Assembly: GCA_964585925.1 (NCBI GenBank)
Contig: CAZPFS010000002.1
Span: 30,590 to 94,589 of the forward strand
Direction of reading: 5' to 3'
Source: an uncultured Syntrophomonadaceae bacterium
GTDB taxonomy: Bacteria; Bacillota; Dethiobacteria; DTU022
DNA: 64,000 nt
Below, one piece after another: positions 19,360 to 29,304 of this stretch; the stretch's first letter is position 1, and each line of letters starts with the position of its first letter. The notes beneath the pieces were generated by a model. That model had not been told where the DNA came from. It did no database searches and saw only the letters and a program-made list of their open reading frames with translations. The position numbers were made by a program, and so were the translations under genes.

Positions 19360-20680
19360 CTTGGTAGCCATAGTCGGACGCCCAAATGTAGGGAAATCCA
19401 CCCTCTTCAACCGTTTGACCTCGGCCCGTTCTGCAATTGTGGAAAAAATACCCGGAATTACCAGGGACAGGCTTTACGGTCTGGTGGAGTGGCGCGATCG
19501 GCAGTTCACGATTATTGACACCGGTGGTATTACTTTTGAACGTGAAAACCTGCTGGGCGGACAGGTGCTCCGGCAGGCGAAATTGGCGATCGAAGAGGCG
19601 GAGGTGATCTTGCTGGTTTTGGATGCTCGGGAAGGCCCTACTTCTCTGGATGAAGAAATAGCCGTTTATTTGCGGCGCAGTGGAAAGGCGATCATTCCGG
19701 TGGTAAACAAAGTGGATGATCTGGATGATCACAATCATGTTTATTCATTTTACAGCCTTGGCCTGGGGGATCTTCACCCGATATCCTCGGCTCACGGCCG
19801 GGGCATCGGTGATCTTCTGGACCGTATTTACACCGTCCTCCCGGAAGAGGCGGATCCGGTTTACCCCTCCGATGCAGTGAAGGTGGCGGTGATGGGGCGC
19901 CCCAACGTCGGCAAATCATCCCTGGTAAATACCATCCTGGGCGAAGACCGGCTAATTGTCAGCGAACAACCGGGAACCACCCGCGAAGCGGTCGACACCC
20001 GTTTTCGGTTCAAAAACAGGAACTATATATTGATCGATACCGCGGGAGTCAGGAGAAAGAGCCAGATCAGGGGGAAAATTGAATATTACAGCATCCTGCG
20101 CTCACTGGAGGCGGTGGATCGCTCGGATCTGGCCCTATTATTGCTGGAGGGGCCAGGCGGGATTACGGAACAGGATGTCAAGCTGGCCGGATATATTGAT
20201 CGGGCCGGCAAGGGCTTGCTGCTGGTGATTAACAAGTGGGATTTGGTGACCGGGAAAGACGAGGCCCGATCTGAATTAACCGAAGAGATCAGGCAAAAAA
20301 TGTCCTTTGCCGGATATGCTCCTCTCATGTTCATTTCGGCCTTGACCGGCCGCCGGGTGGAAAAGATCTTTCCGCTGATCAACCGGATCTGGGATGAGCA
20401 GCGCCGCAGGGTGCCCACTCCTTGGCTAAACCAGTTGATCGCAGACGCGGTAGTGATGAACCCGCCACCTACCGTAAAAGGACAGCGCCTGAAAATTTAT
20501 TATGCCACCCAACCCGGGGTTTGCCCTCCAGCCTTTGTGCTGTTTGTCAATGAACCCGCCCTGATGCATTTTTCATATCTTCGTTATCTGGAAAATCGGC
20601 TCCGGGAAAGCTTTGAGTTTTTCGGAACGCCGATTAGAATTATTGTCAGGAAAAGAAAAAGGAGAGGAGAATTACCGTGA
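19349..20680 (+). CDS. der: ribosome-biogenesis GTPase Der (EngA), double GTPase
   Basis: Two G domains (GRPNVGKSTLFN and GRPNVGKSSLVN) plus a C-terminal KH-like domain. Confidence 0.9.
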   Translation: MPGNLVAIVGRPNVGKSTLFNRLTSARSAIVEKIPGITRDRLYGLVEWRDRQFTIIDTGGITFERENLLGGQVLRQAKLAIEEAEVILLVLDAREGPTSLDEEIAVYLRRSGKAIIPVVNKVDDLDDHNHVYSFYSLGLGDLHPISSAHGRGIGDLLDRIYTVLPEEADPVYPSDAVKVAVMGRPNVGKSSLVNTILGEDRLIVSEQPGTTREAVDTRFRFKNRNYILIDTAGVRRKSQIRGKIEYYSILRSLEAVDRSDLALLLLEGPGGITEQDVKLAGYIDRAGKGLLLVINKWDLVTGKDEARSELTEEIRQKMSFAGYAPLMFISALTGRRVEKIFPLINRIWDEQRRRVPTPWLNQLIADAVVMNPPPTVKGQRLKIYYATQPGVCPPAFVLFVNEPALMHFSYLRYLENRLRESFEFFGTPIRIIVRKRKRRGELP

Positions 20681-21306
20681 CCGGCTGCTTTTCCATAGTG
20701 CTTGCCTATCTGTTGGGATCTGTGCCTTTTGGCTACCTGGCCGGGAGACTGCTCAGACAGGAGGATATTCGAAATTACGGAAGCGGCAATATCGGGGCGA
20801 CCAATGTAATGCGCCTGTTGGGCCCGGCTGCCGCCGGAGCGGTACTGGTGCTGGATATAGGTAAAGGTGTAGCCGCGGTCCTGCTGGCCCGCTTCCTGGC
20901 CGGATCGGAATTTTGGTGGTGGCTGGCGGCGCTGGCTGTTTTGATCGGACATTGCTGGCCTCTTTTTCTCGGTTTCAAAGGCGGGAAGGCTACCGCCACC
21001 GGCCTGGGCACCTTATTTGTGCTTACCGGGGCAACGGTCTGGGGAACCATCCTGATTCTGGCGGGGGTTGTGCTGGCACTGACCCGCTATGTGTCATTGG
21101 TCTCAATCCTGGCCGCCGCCGCTTTGCCGTTTCTGTTGTGGCTATTCAGATATCCTCCGGCCAATATATACATCGGGACAGCCATAGCGGCCTTGGTTAT
21201 TTACCGGCACCGGGCAAACCTCGGACGGCTGATCAAGGGAACCGAACCCAAACTCGGCAAGCGAATAGATATTCCGGGAAACAGAGGGGGGGGATCCCCC
21301 AAGTGA
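20677..21306 (+). CDS. plsY: glycerol-3-phosphate acyltransferase PlsY
   Basis: SGNIGATNVMR motif and membrane topology. The der-plsY-gpsA order is conserved. Confidence 0.85.
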   Translation: MTGCFSIVLAYLLGSVPFGYLAGRLLRQEDIRNYGSGNIGATNVMRLLGPAAAGAVLVLDIGKGVAAVLLARFLAGSEFWWWLAALAVLIGHCWPLFLGFKGGKATATGLGTLFVLTGATVWGTILILAGVVLALTRYVSLVSILAAAALPFLLWLFRYPPANIYIGTAIAALVIYRHRANLGRLIKGTEPKLGKRIDIPGNRGGGSPK

Positions 21307-22319
21307 AAGCAGCGATCATCGGCGCCGGGGGATGGGGAACTGCCCTGGCCACGCTCCTTGCTGTCAAAGGGTATGAAGTCCACCTTTGGGTAAGAAATGT
21401 TGATCTTTACAAAGCCATGATCTTAAAACGGGTTAATGAGATCTATCTTCCAGGGGTCAAATTGCCCGATCCGATCCGCCCCACCCTGGATCTGGCCGAA
21501 GCGCTGTCAGACAAGGGGCTGGTGGTACTGGCGGTACCTTCCCACGGGGTAAGGCAAATTTCCGCCAAAATTGCCGATCTTATCCCGGACCGAGCTCTGA
21601 TCGTCAACGTGGCCAAGGGCCTGGAAGACGGCACCTATCTGCGCCTGTCACAGGTGCTGGAGCAGGAACTTCCGGAGCGTTATCACTCGCGGCTGGCCAT
21701 TCTTTCGGGCCCCAATCATGCGGAGGAAATTTCCAGGGGACTGCCTTCCCTTACGGTGGCCGCCTCTGCCAATCCGAATACAGCCCGGCAGGCTCAGGAA
21801 GCGATGATGGTTCCCTACTTCCGAATATATACCAGCTCCGACCTGGTTGGAGTGGAGCTGGGGGGAGCGCTAAAAAATGTAATTGCCCTGGGAGCGGGGA
21901 TCCTGGATGGGCTTGAGCTGGGTGATAATGTAAAAGCCGCTCTTGTTACCCGGGGGCTGGCGGAGATCACCCGTCTGGGGGTGAGACTGGGATCCCGGCC
22001 CTCCACTTTTTCGGGACTTTCCGGGGTCGGCGATCTGTTTGTCACCTGCTGCAGCAGGCATAGCCGGAACCGCTTGGTGGGCTGCAAGTTGGGACAGGGA
22101 ATCCCGTTGGACCAAATCCGGGAAGAGATGGCCTCGGTGGCCGAGGGTATTCTCACCACCCGGGCCGCATATCAACTCTCCCGGCAGATGGAGGTGGAAA
22201 TGCCGATTACGGAAACAATATACCGGGTTATTTACCATGGCAAATCTCCACGAGAGGCGGTCGGAGAGCTGATGCAGCGAGATCCCAAAACAGAAATTGA
22301 AGGTATTGCCTACAAATAG
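21303..22319 (+). CDS. gpsA: NAD(P)H-dependent glycerol-3-phosphate dehydrogenase
   Basis: (V)KAAIIGAGGWGTALA Rossmann start. GTG start at 21303 overlaps the plsY stop. The ORF-track start at 20913 is an over-extension. Confidence 0.9.
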   Translation: MKAAIIGAGGWGTALATLLAVKGYEVHLWVRNVDLYKAMILKRVNEIYLPGVKLPDPIRPTLDLAEALSDKGLVVLAVPSHGVRQISAKIADLIPDRALIVNVAKGLEDGTYLRLSQVLEQELPERYHSRLAILSGPNHAEEISRGLPSLTVAASANPNTARQAQEAMMVPYFRIYTSSDLVGVELGGALKNVIALGAGILDGLELGDNVKAALVTRGLAEITRLGVRLGSRPSTFSGLSGVGDLFVTCCSRHSRNRLVGCKLGQGIPLDQIREEMASVAEGILTTRAAYQLSRQMEVEMPITETIYRVIYHGKSPREAVGELMQRDPKTEIEGIAYK

Positions 22320-22375
22320 CCACATTTCAGACAGCAACCGCGCGCACGCCCATACAATTGACCATGATTTGCGGC

Positions 22376-22408
22376 CCCTGACAACTAAATTCAGGGGCTT
22401 TTTGTTTT
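22376..22408 (+). terminator. rho-independent terminator after gpsA
   Basis: CCCCTGA-caactaaat-TCAGGGG stem followed by CTTTTTGTTTT. Confidence 0.65.
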
Positions 22409-22422
22409 GTATTCACCGGGGG

Positions 22423-22451
22423 TAATATTATGTTTGCCTCTACATATATAT
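22423..22451 (+). promoter_or_regulatory. candidate sigma-E type promoter for spoIVA
   Basis: TAATATT, a 13-nt spacer, then CATATATA. This resembles the sigE consensus (ATATT ... CATACA-T). It lies 65 nt upstream of spoIVA, which is sigE-dependent in Bacillus. Confidence 0.35.
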
Positions 22452-22514
22452 GTAATGTTAGATTAGATCCTGATCCCCCCGCAAGGGCTGGGAAAAGAAA
22501 GGAGGGATGAAGCT

Positions 22515-23990
22515 ATGGAGCTTGATCTGTTCAATGATCTGGTAGAGCGTACCGGGGGAGATATTTATCTGAGCGTGGTCGGTCCGGTACGAACGGGGAA
22601 ATCGACTTTTATCCGCAAGTTCATGGAACTGTTTGTCCTGCCAAAAATAGAAAATCCGGTGGAATATGAACGTATCCGCGATGAACTCCCCCAGGGCAGC
22701 GTGGGGAAAACTATTATGACCACCGAGCCCAAATTTGTGCCTGATGAAGCCGCCGAGATTACTGTGGGAGAAAATATAAATATGAATATCCGAATGGTGG
22801 ATTGTGTGGGCTATACCGTGGAGGGAGCATTCGGATATGAGGACGAAGAGGGCCCCCGCATGGTCTCCACCTCCTGGTTTGATTATGACATTCCCTTTCA
22901 GGAGGCGGCGGAGCTCGGCACCCGGAAAGTAATTACTGATCATTCTACTATTGGCATCGTGGTTACTACGGACGGAACGATTGCCGAAATCCCGCGGGAA
23001 AATTACCGGGAAGCCGAACAAAGAGTAATCGACGAACTCAAGGAATTGGGAAAACCGTTTATAGTGCTGGTCAATTCCACCCACCCCGGGGCGGAAGAAG
23101 CCTGTGCACTTCAGGAGGAACTGGCCGACCTGTACAATGTGCCGGTAATTTCATTAAACTGTTTGGAACTCAGCCAGGGCGATCTTAACCTGATACTGGA
23201 AGAGGCACTGTATGAATTTCCGGTGCGGGATATATTCGTGAAAATGGTTCCTTGGATGGAGGCCCTGGAAAAAGGGCACTGGCTCAAAGACAGCTATGAG
23301 GAGAGCATTGCTGAAAATGTAGCGGAAATAAAGAGGGTGCGGGAAATAAACGGCTTGCTGGGAAAATTTAAAGAGCATGAATTCATTGCCGATGCTGTTT
23401 TGAACCGGATTGATCTGGGCAAAGGAGAGGTGGAGATAGAGCTGGCCCCTCCTGCGGGATTATTCGAAAGGGTTCTTGGGGAGTACTGCACTCAGGAAAT
23501 AAGCGGCGAAGCAGACATCTTGAGGGTGGTTCGCGATTATTCACTGGCCAAGCGGGAATATGACAAGGTTGCGGAAGCCCTTTACCAGGTGAAGGAGGTC
23601 GGGTACGGAATAGTACCCCCGCTGCTGGAAGAGATGGCCCTGGAGGAGCCGGAAATTATACGGCAGGGCGGCCGGTTTGGAGTACGGCTGCGGGCCAGCG
23701 CACCGTCAATGCATATAATTAGGGTAGATGTCAAGTCGGAATTCTCCCCGGTAGTCGGTTCGGAAAGACAGAGCGAGGAGCTGATCAATTACCTGCTGGA
23801 AGAATTTGAAGAAAACCCGAAAAAAATCTGGGAATCCCAGATATTCGGTAAATCCCTCCATGATCTGGTCCAGGACGGAATTACCGGCAAGCTGGGAAAT
23901 ATGCCTCCCAACGCCCAGGAAAAACTTCAGGAAACGCTGGAAAAAATCATCAATGAAGGCAGCGGTGGTTTGATCGCAATTATTCTTTGA
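22515..23990 (+). CDS. spoIVA: stage IV sporulation protein A (spore coat morphogenetic ATPase)
   Basis: DIYLSVVGPVRTGKSTFIRKFMEL Walker A region, near-identical to the SpoIVA N-terminus. 491 aa. Confidence 0.9.
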   Translation: MELDLFNDLVERTGGDIYLSVVGPVRTGKSTFIRKFMELFVLPKIENPVEYERIRDELPQGSVGKTIMTTEPKFVPDEAAEITVGENINMNIRMVDCVGYTVEGAFGYEDEEGPRMVSTSWFDYDIPFQEAAELGTRKVITDHSTIGIVVTTDGTIAEIPRENYREAEQRVIDELKELGKPFIVLVNSTHPGAEEACALQEELADLYNVPVISLNCLELSQGDLNLILEEALYEFPVRDIFVKMVPWMEALEKGHWLKDSYEESIAENVAEIKRVREINGLLGKFKEHEFIADAVLNRIDLGKGEVEIELAPPAGLFERVLGEYCTQEISGEADILRVVRDYSLAKREYDKVAEALYQVKEVGYGIVPPLLEEMALEEPEIIRQGGRFGVRLRASAPSMHIIRVDVKSEFSPVVGSERQSEELINYLLEEFEENPKKIWESQIFGKSLHDLVQDGITGKLGNMPPNAQEKLQETLEKIINEGSGGLIAIIL

Positions 23991-24019
23991 GGCGGCGGTC
24001 GATGCCGTTTAAATAAACT

Positions 24020-24053
24020 AAATACCCCTTTAAAAGGGGTATTTAATTTTTTA
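24020..24053 (+). terminator. rho-independent terminator after spoIVA
   Basis: AAATACCCCT-ttaaa-AGGGGTATTT 10-bp stem, then AATTTTTTA. Confidence 0.6.
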
Positions 24054-24074
24054 TTTGCCCAAAACCGGGATCGT

Positions 24075-25304
24075 TTGGTTATAATGGGGTCAACGGGAGG
24101 GGGGATAAAAGTGATCAGTAAACAGCTTCTCCATTTGTTATTTGATGCGGCCAGTATTCAGCGCTGGAATGATCATATCAGGCCGGAACATTTTACAGAG
24201 CTGGACAAGCAGGCCCACAAAATGGTCTATGCTTACGTTCTGGGCAAAATGGAAGAAACCGATCGGGGGGCTTCCATCAACTGGCCTGACCTGATTGAAG
24301 GGGCCCTGTTTGAATTTTTTCACCGGATCGTGCTTACCGATATCAAACCGCCGATCTTTCACCAACTGATGGTGGAGAAGGGTGACCAGCTGAACCGGTG
24401 GGTTCTGGAAAAGATAAGCGGTCCCATTGCTCCTTTGAAGGGCGGTTTTTTGCAGCGGATGGAACAATATTACAGTTCCTCTGCGGGGAACCTGCTGGAA
24501 AGAAAAATTCTTAAGGCATCCCATTATCTGGCCACCAATTGGGAGTTCAAATTAATATATCGTCTCAATGCGGACCTTTATGGGCTGGAAGAAACAAAGC
24601 TGGCTATTGAAAACCAGCTTGAGGAGCATTATGATTTGGCCGGAGTCCAGAAATTGACTCTGCACAAAAAAACCAGTCACTTTCTGGATCTGGTCGGGCA
24701 GCTCCGTTTTCAGCAAAGATGGGCTCAGTCCCCCCGTATTCCGAGAACCTCCGTGATGGGGCACATGCTGATTGTGGCCATCCTGGCCTATCTCTGTTCC
24801 CTGGAAATTGGCGCCTGTTCTGCGAGAAGCTACAATAATTATTTTGCCGGGCTGTTCCATGACTTGCCGGAAGTGATCACCCGGGACATTGTTTCTCCGG
24901 TTAAGCACTCGGTAACCGGCCTGGATGAGCTGATCAAGGAGATCGAACAACGGCAGATGGAGGAGCGCATCTACCCCCTGCTGCCTGCTTCCTGGCACCG
25001 CGAGATCAAATATTTTACTGAACAGGAGTTTCAGAGCAAGATCATGGAAAAGGGGGGGGCAAGTGTAAAAACCTCGGAACAGATCAATGAACACTACAAC
25101 CGGGACTGTTTCTTGCCCCTGGATGGAGAGATCATCCGGGCCTGTGACCAATTGGCAGCTTATATGGAAACCTATTTATCCATCACTCATGGTATAAATT
25201 CGCCCCACCTAAATAAAGCCAACCGGGAGCTGTATGAACTGTACCGGGACAAAATAATAGCCGGAATTGATTTCGGCCGGATTTTTAAGGATTTCAAAAT
25301 ATAG
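24075..25304 (+). CDS. tandem HD-domain phosphohydrolase (YfbR-like halves)
   Basis: Two HD-like segments: QRWNDHIRPEHF...DKQAHK and HMLIVAILA...FHDLPEVITRDIVSPVK. They resemble the 5'-deoxynucleotidase YfbR motifs RWN / H..HD / D. Confidence 0.55.
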   Translation: MVIMGSTGGGIKVISKQLLHLLFDAASIQRWNDHIRPEHFTELDKQAHKMVYAYVLGKMEETDRGASINWPDLIEGALFEFFHRIVLTDIKPPIFHQLMVEKGDQLNRWVLEKISGPIAPLKGGFLQRMEQYYSSSAGNLLERKILKASHYLATNWEFKLIYRLNADLYGLEETKLAIENQLEEHYDLAGVQKLTLHKKTSHFLDLVGQLRFQQRWAQSPRIPRTSVMGHMLIVAILAYLCSLEIGACSARSYNNYFAGLFHDLPEVITRDIVSPVKHSVTGLDELIKEIEQRQMEERIYPLLPASWHREIKYFTEQEFQSKIMEKGGASVKTSEQINEHYNRDCFLPLDGEIIRACDQLAAYMETYLSITHGINSPHLNKANRELYELYRDKIIAGIDFGRIFKDFKI

Positions 25305-25364
25305 AAAATCGGGTTTCAGGAGTAATCCGGAGCGAATCAGGCCACATTCAAAATTATTTGTCCT

Positions 25365-25392
25365 TGACAGTCAGTTGTTTATGAGATATAAA
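25365..25392 (+). promoter_or_regulatory. sigma-A type promoter for the metalloregulator/feo cluster
   Basis: TTGACA (25365-25370), 16-nt spacer, TATAAA (25387-25392). Confidence 0.45.
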
Positions 25393-25429
25393 AAAGTTAG
25401 GCACTACTAACATTGAGGGGGTGGATAAA

Positions 25430-25858
25430 GTGTCCCCGCTGCCGATCAGTGCCTCCATGCAAGATTATCTGGAAGGTATACTCAATCTGTCCTGCCAGCA
25501 GGACGCGGTGAGGGTAACTGATATTGCGGAAAAATTGAAGCTGACCAAGCCCAGTGTGGCCCAGGCCCTAAAACAACTGCGGATCCAGGGGCTTATCAAA
25601 CAAAGCCACTATGGGCCGGTACAGTTGACTGAAAAGGGGCAGCGATACGCGCTGATAGTCCGGAGGCGCCACCAGGTATTGAGAAGTTTTTTGGTGGAAG
25701 TGCTGGGCCTTGATCACCAGGCTGCTGAAAGGGATGCCTGTCAAATGGAACATGCCGTGAGCAGCGAAACAATCGAAAGGCTAATTGGCTTTTTGGTGGA
25801 AGGAAAATATTGCACGAATGACTTCAATGTTTCCGAAAGAGATGAAACTGAACGCTGA
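25430..25858 (+). CDS. DtxR/MntR-family metal-dependent transcriptional repressor
   Basis: MQDYLEGILNL...VTDIAEKLKLTKPSVAQALKQL winged-HTH, C-terminal metal-binding and dimerisation region. Start is ambiguous between GTG 25430 and ATG 25457. Confidence 0.75.
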   Translation: MSPLPISASMQDYLEGILNLSCQQDAVRVTDIAEKLKLTKPSVAQALKQLRIQGLIKQSHYGPVQLTEKGQRYALIVRRRHQVLRSFLVEVLGLDHQAAERDACQMEHAVSSETIERLIGFLVEGKYCTNDFNVSERDETER

Positions 25859-25933
25859 CAAGCTATAGATAATTTTTAGGTTGATATTGTTGAAACCAGA
25901 CACAATTACACGCTGCTTTGAAAAGAGGTGCAG

Positions 25934-26188
25934 GTGATGAAAATAGTATCCCTGACAGGGATGGAGCCCGGGCAAACCGGTACGGTCAAGGAAATCGGGG
26001 GAGGATACAGGATGGCGGCGCGCCTGCAATCCCTGGGTATTTATCCCGGCCAAAAGGTACTCAAACTGAGCTCTGTGTTCAATAAAGGGCCGGTGGTGAT
26101 AGAGATAAACCGCTCCCAGGTAGCTTTGGGTTATGGAAGGGCCAGCCGCATTTTTGTAGAACTGGAAAACAAGACAGGGAACAGGTAG
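25934..26188 (+). CDS. feoA: ferrous iron transport protein A
   Basis: Small SH3-like FeoA, KIVSLTGMEPGQTGTVKEI. Confidence 0.8.
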   Translation: MMKIVSLTGMEPGQTGTVKEIGGGYRMAARLQSLGIYPGQKVLKLSSVFNKGPVVIEINRSQVALGYGRASRIFVELENKTGNR

Positions 26189-26198
26189 AGGAATATTC

Positions 26199-28058
26199 AT
26201 GAGAGCTAAAAAAATTGTATTGGTGGGGAACCCCAATGTGGGGAAAAGCGTTATATTTTCGCAGCTTACGGGGGCCCGGGTGGTTATCTCCAATTATCCG
26301 GGGACCACGGTGGAGTATATCCGCGGGCGGATGAACATCGGTTCCCGGGAGTACGAGTTGCTTGATGCTCCGGGCACCTACAATCTGGATCCGGCCTGCC
26401 GGGCGGAAGAGGTTACCACCAACCTGGTAGATCAGGCTGATATGGTGATAAATGTGGTTGATGCCACCAATCTGGAGCGTAACCTTTATTTAACCCGCCA
26501 GCTGTTGGAAAAACGGATCCCGTTGGTCGTAGTATTGAACATGGTCGATGAGGCGGCTCACAAGGGAGTATATATTAATATTTCCGATCTGCAACAGGAG
26601 CTGGGCGTGCCGGTCATACCTACGGTGGCCATAAGCGGGGAAGGGCTGTCGAAGCTGGCTGCCGCTCTCTCCCGTGCCGAACCGGGAAAGGCCGATCCCT
26701 TGACCCCTGACGAGCGCTGGGTGTGGATCGGCTCTGTTACCGGGCGGGTTCAGAAGATCCGCCACCGTCATCCCACCTGGTTGGAAACATTGGAGATGGC
26801 CAGTATAAAACCCTCCACCGGGGTGCCCCTGGCTGCGGCAATTATGTTTTTGTCTTTCAAAATAATAATAGGCCTGGGCGAATGGTTGCAGGAACTGCTG
26901 CTTCGCATCTTTTTCAATCCATTTTATCTGCCGGCCATGAATTTTTTGAGCCGCCGGCTGGGGGAGGGCAGCTTTCTGCACAACCTGCTGATCGGTAAAC
27001 TTCACCAGGGCGAAATTCTGCTGGAAGAATCCATGGGACTTCTTACCACCGGGATATTTATTGTGTTCGGGATCGTATTGCCATTTTTGGTGCTGTTTTA
27101 CCTGGGCCTGGGTTTTCTGGAGGATTGCGGTTACCTGCCCCGTCTGTCGGTGATGACCGACCGGGTAATGCACCGGCTGGGGCTTCACGGTTTTGCCATT
27201 ATCCCGATGATCCTCGGGCTGGGATGCAATGTACCCGCCATCATATCTGCCCGCAGCCTGGAGAGCAGGCGGGAAAGATTTTTAGCCTGCACCCTGATCT
27301 CCATTACCATTCCTTGTGCGGCCCAGATGTCCATGGTAATCGGCCTGGTAGGCCGTTACGGCGGGGCCTACCTGAGTGTGATATTTGCCACTTTATTCTT
27401 TATCTGGGTTGTCCTGGGGCTGATCCTGGATCGGGTTATGCCGGGATACACCCCTTCCATGATCATGGAAATACCACCCTACCGGTGGCCCCATCTTAAA
27501 AGTCAATTTCAAAAGCTCATGATGAGGCTCAATCATTTTATGGCGGAAGCCCTGCCTTTTATATTTATTGGTATAATATTGATCAATCTGCTTCATATCT
27601 CGGGGGCCATCGGTTATCTGGCCACGGCATTGTCGCCGTTGGTGCGGGGTCTTCTGGGCCTGCCGGGAGAGGCGGTTTCCACTTTGTTGGTCGGCCTGCT
27701 GCGCAAGGACGTGGCGGTAGCCATGCTGGTTCCGCTCGGTCTCACGGCCCGACAGTTTGTAGTTGGCGCTACCGTGCTGGTGACTTATTTTCCCTGTGCG
27801 GCTACTTTCATTATTTTATACAAAGAACTCGGACCGAGGGATCTGGGGGCGGCAGTGCTCATTATGTTCAGCACATCTCTTGCTGCCGGGACCATGATCA
27901 ATTTATTGCTGGATACCGTTTTGCCTCCGGCGCTGCTCTCTTTGTTGCTGATCGGATTGGGTATAATGATAGTGACGCTTTTTGGCGGTATCTCCGACCG
28001 GCGCGAAGATTTGGCTATTTCAAAATCAGGTATTTCTACCTCCAGAAAGGGGATTTAG
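26199..28058 (+). CDS. feoB: ferrous iron transport protein B
   Basis: N-terminal G domain GNPNVGKSVIF, then a polytopic membrane domain of about 400 aa. 619 aa. Confidence 0.9.
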   Translation: MRAKKIVLVGNPNVGKSVIFSQLTGARVVISNYPGTTVEYIRGRMNIGSREYELLDAPGTYNLDPACRAEEVTTNLVDQADMVINVVDATNLERNLYLTRQLLEKRIPLVVVLNMVDEAAHKGVYINISDLQQELGVPVIPTVAISGEGLSKLAAALSRAEPGKADPLTPDERWVWIGSVTGRVQKIRHRHPTWLETLEMASIKPSTGVPLAAAIMFLSFKIIIGLGEWLQELLLRIFFNPFYLPAMNFLSRRLGEGSFLHNLLIGKLHQGEILLEESMGLLTTGIFIVFGIVLPFLVLFYLGLGFLEDCGYLPRLSVMTDRVMHRLGLHGFAIIPMILGLGCNVPAIISARSLESRRERFLACTLISITIPCAAQMSMVIGLVGRYGGAYLSVIFATLFFIWVVLGLILDRVMPGYTPSMIMEIPPYRWPHLKSQFQKLMMRLNHFMAEALPFIFIGIILINLLHISGAIGYLATALSPLVRGLLGLPGEAVSTLLVGLLRKDVAVAMLVPLGLTARQFVVGATVLVTYFPCAATFIILYKELGPRDLGAAVLIMFSTSLAAGTMINLLLDTVLPPALLSLLLIGLGIMIVTLFGGISDRREDLAISKSGISTSRKGI

Positions 28059-28059
28059 T

Positions 28060-28881
28060 ATGGAAGAAACCAAAATTCGTAATGCTGAGGACTCCCCAAA
28101 AACTCTTCCCGAAAAGCTGGGCCAACCGGAGCACAGCCAGATCCGGCATACCATTGCTGTTATGAGCGGGAAGGGTGGGGTGGGTAAATCATCGGTTTCC
28201 GCCCTGCTGGCGGTGGCCCTTTCCCGGGAAGGGTACCGGGTCGGTTTGCTGGATGCCGATATAACCGGCCCCAGTATTCCTACCCTGTTTGGGCTTCATG
28301 GACAGCCGTCAATTAATGAAAAAAAATTGGTGCCCCCTTCCAGCAGGCTGGGGATCAAGATAATGTCGCTGAACCTTTTGCTGCCGCGGGAGGATGATCC
28401 GGTAATATGGCGAGGGCCTTTGATCGGGGGAGCGGTAAAACAGTTTTGGACCGATGTGCTTTGGGGCACGCTTGACTACCTGGTAGTGGATCTGCCCCCC
28501 GGCACCGGGGACGCTCCCCTGACTGTACTGCAATCACTGCCCCTGTCCGGCCTGATCATCGTCACCTCTCCCCAGGAACTGGCGGTGATGGTGGTTAAGA
28601 AAGCCATAAATATGGCCCGCATGCTGGAGGTTCCCATAATCGGGCTGATCGAAAACATGAGCGGCCTGGCCTGCCCCCATTGCGGGGAGAAGCTGGAGCT
28701 GTTCGGGCCAAGTCAGGCCGAAAAGGTATCGGCAGCCACCGGAATCAGGCTGCTCGGGAAAATCCCCCTGGATCCTGAAATTTCAAAGCTGGGGGACCGC
28801 GGGGAGATCGAGGAGTACGAAGTGAAATTCTTGCGCACAATCCCTGATTTTCTTTCCGGAAAGGATGCAAGCAGGAATTGA
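28060..28881 (+). CDS. Mrp/ApbC/NBP35-family Fe-S cluster carrier ATPase
   Basis: Deviant Walker A SGKGGVGKSS, conserved CPHC motif near the C-terminus. ATG lies 2 nt after the feoB stop. Confidence 0.85.
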   Translation: MEETKIRNAEDSPKTLPEKLGQPEHSQIRHTIAVMSGKGGVGKSSVSALLAVALSREGYRVGLLDADITGPSIPTLFGLHGQPSINEKKLVPPSSRLGIKIMSLNLLLPREDDPVIWRGPLIGGAVKQFWTDVLWGTLDYLVVDLPPGTGDAPLTVLQSLPLSGLIIVTSPQELAVMVVKKAINMARMLEVPIIGLIENMSGLACPHCGEKLELFGPSQAEKVSAATGIRLLGKIPLDPEISKLGDRGEIEEYEVKFLRTIPDFLSGKDASRN

Positions 28882-28917
28882 TTCAGCAAATCAATATCCA
28901 TATAGGAGGTATTCAAG

Positions 28918-29289
28918 ATGAAATTGGCAATATGTGCCCAGGGTGGAGAATTGTCTTCAGCAGTAGATCAGCGTTTCGGACGCTGCCCGTATTTTGTGAT
29001 TCTGGACACGGAGAGCAAAGAGGTAATAAAATCCATTCCCAATAGTGCTGCCGGCGCCTCCGGCGGCGCCGGAACCCAAACCGCTCGTCTTTTATTTTCG
29101 GAGAAGGTCGATGCGGTGGCGGTGGGCAATGTCGGTCCCAATGCCGCCAATGCTCTCAATGCGGCCGGCATCAAGATTTACAGCGGAATAAATGGAACGG
29201 TGGAGGAAGCTCTGGATCTTTATCTCGATGGCAAACTGTCATCGAGCCCCGGCGCGACAGTAGATTCCCATCATGGCTCCAAACAGTAA
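28918..29289 (+). CDS. NifX/NafY/NifB-C-terminal-type (dinitrogenase FeMo-cofactor binding domain) protein
   Basis: KLAICAQGGELSSAVDQRFGRCPYFVILD...VDAVAVGNVGPNA matches the PF02579-type fold signature. 123 aa. Confidence 0.7.
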   Translation: MKLAICAQGGELSSAVDQRFGRCPYFVILDTESKEVIKSIPNSAAGASGGAGTQTARLLFSEKVDAVAVGNVGPNAANALNAAGIKIYSGINGTVEEALDLYLDGKLSSSPGATVDSHHGSKQ

Positions 29290-29304
29290 AAGGAGGCGTT
29301 GTTC

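Noticed and set aside
20913-21302. 130-codon upstream extension of gpsA
   Set aside because: It overlaps plsY. The Rossmann motif and GTG at 21303 define the true start.
25859-25927. DtxR-box-like GGTTGATATTGTTGAAACC upstream of feoA
   Set aside because: It was checked base by base for dyad symmetry and is not palindromic. Only the GTTAG...CTAAC repeat near 25395-25410 is kept as a candidate operator.
27982-28059. Upstream extension of the mrp ORF into feoB
   Set aside because: The ATG at 28060 directly after the feoB stop gives the canonical Mrp N-terminus.
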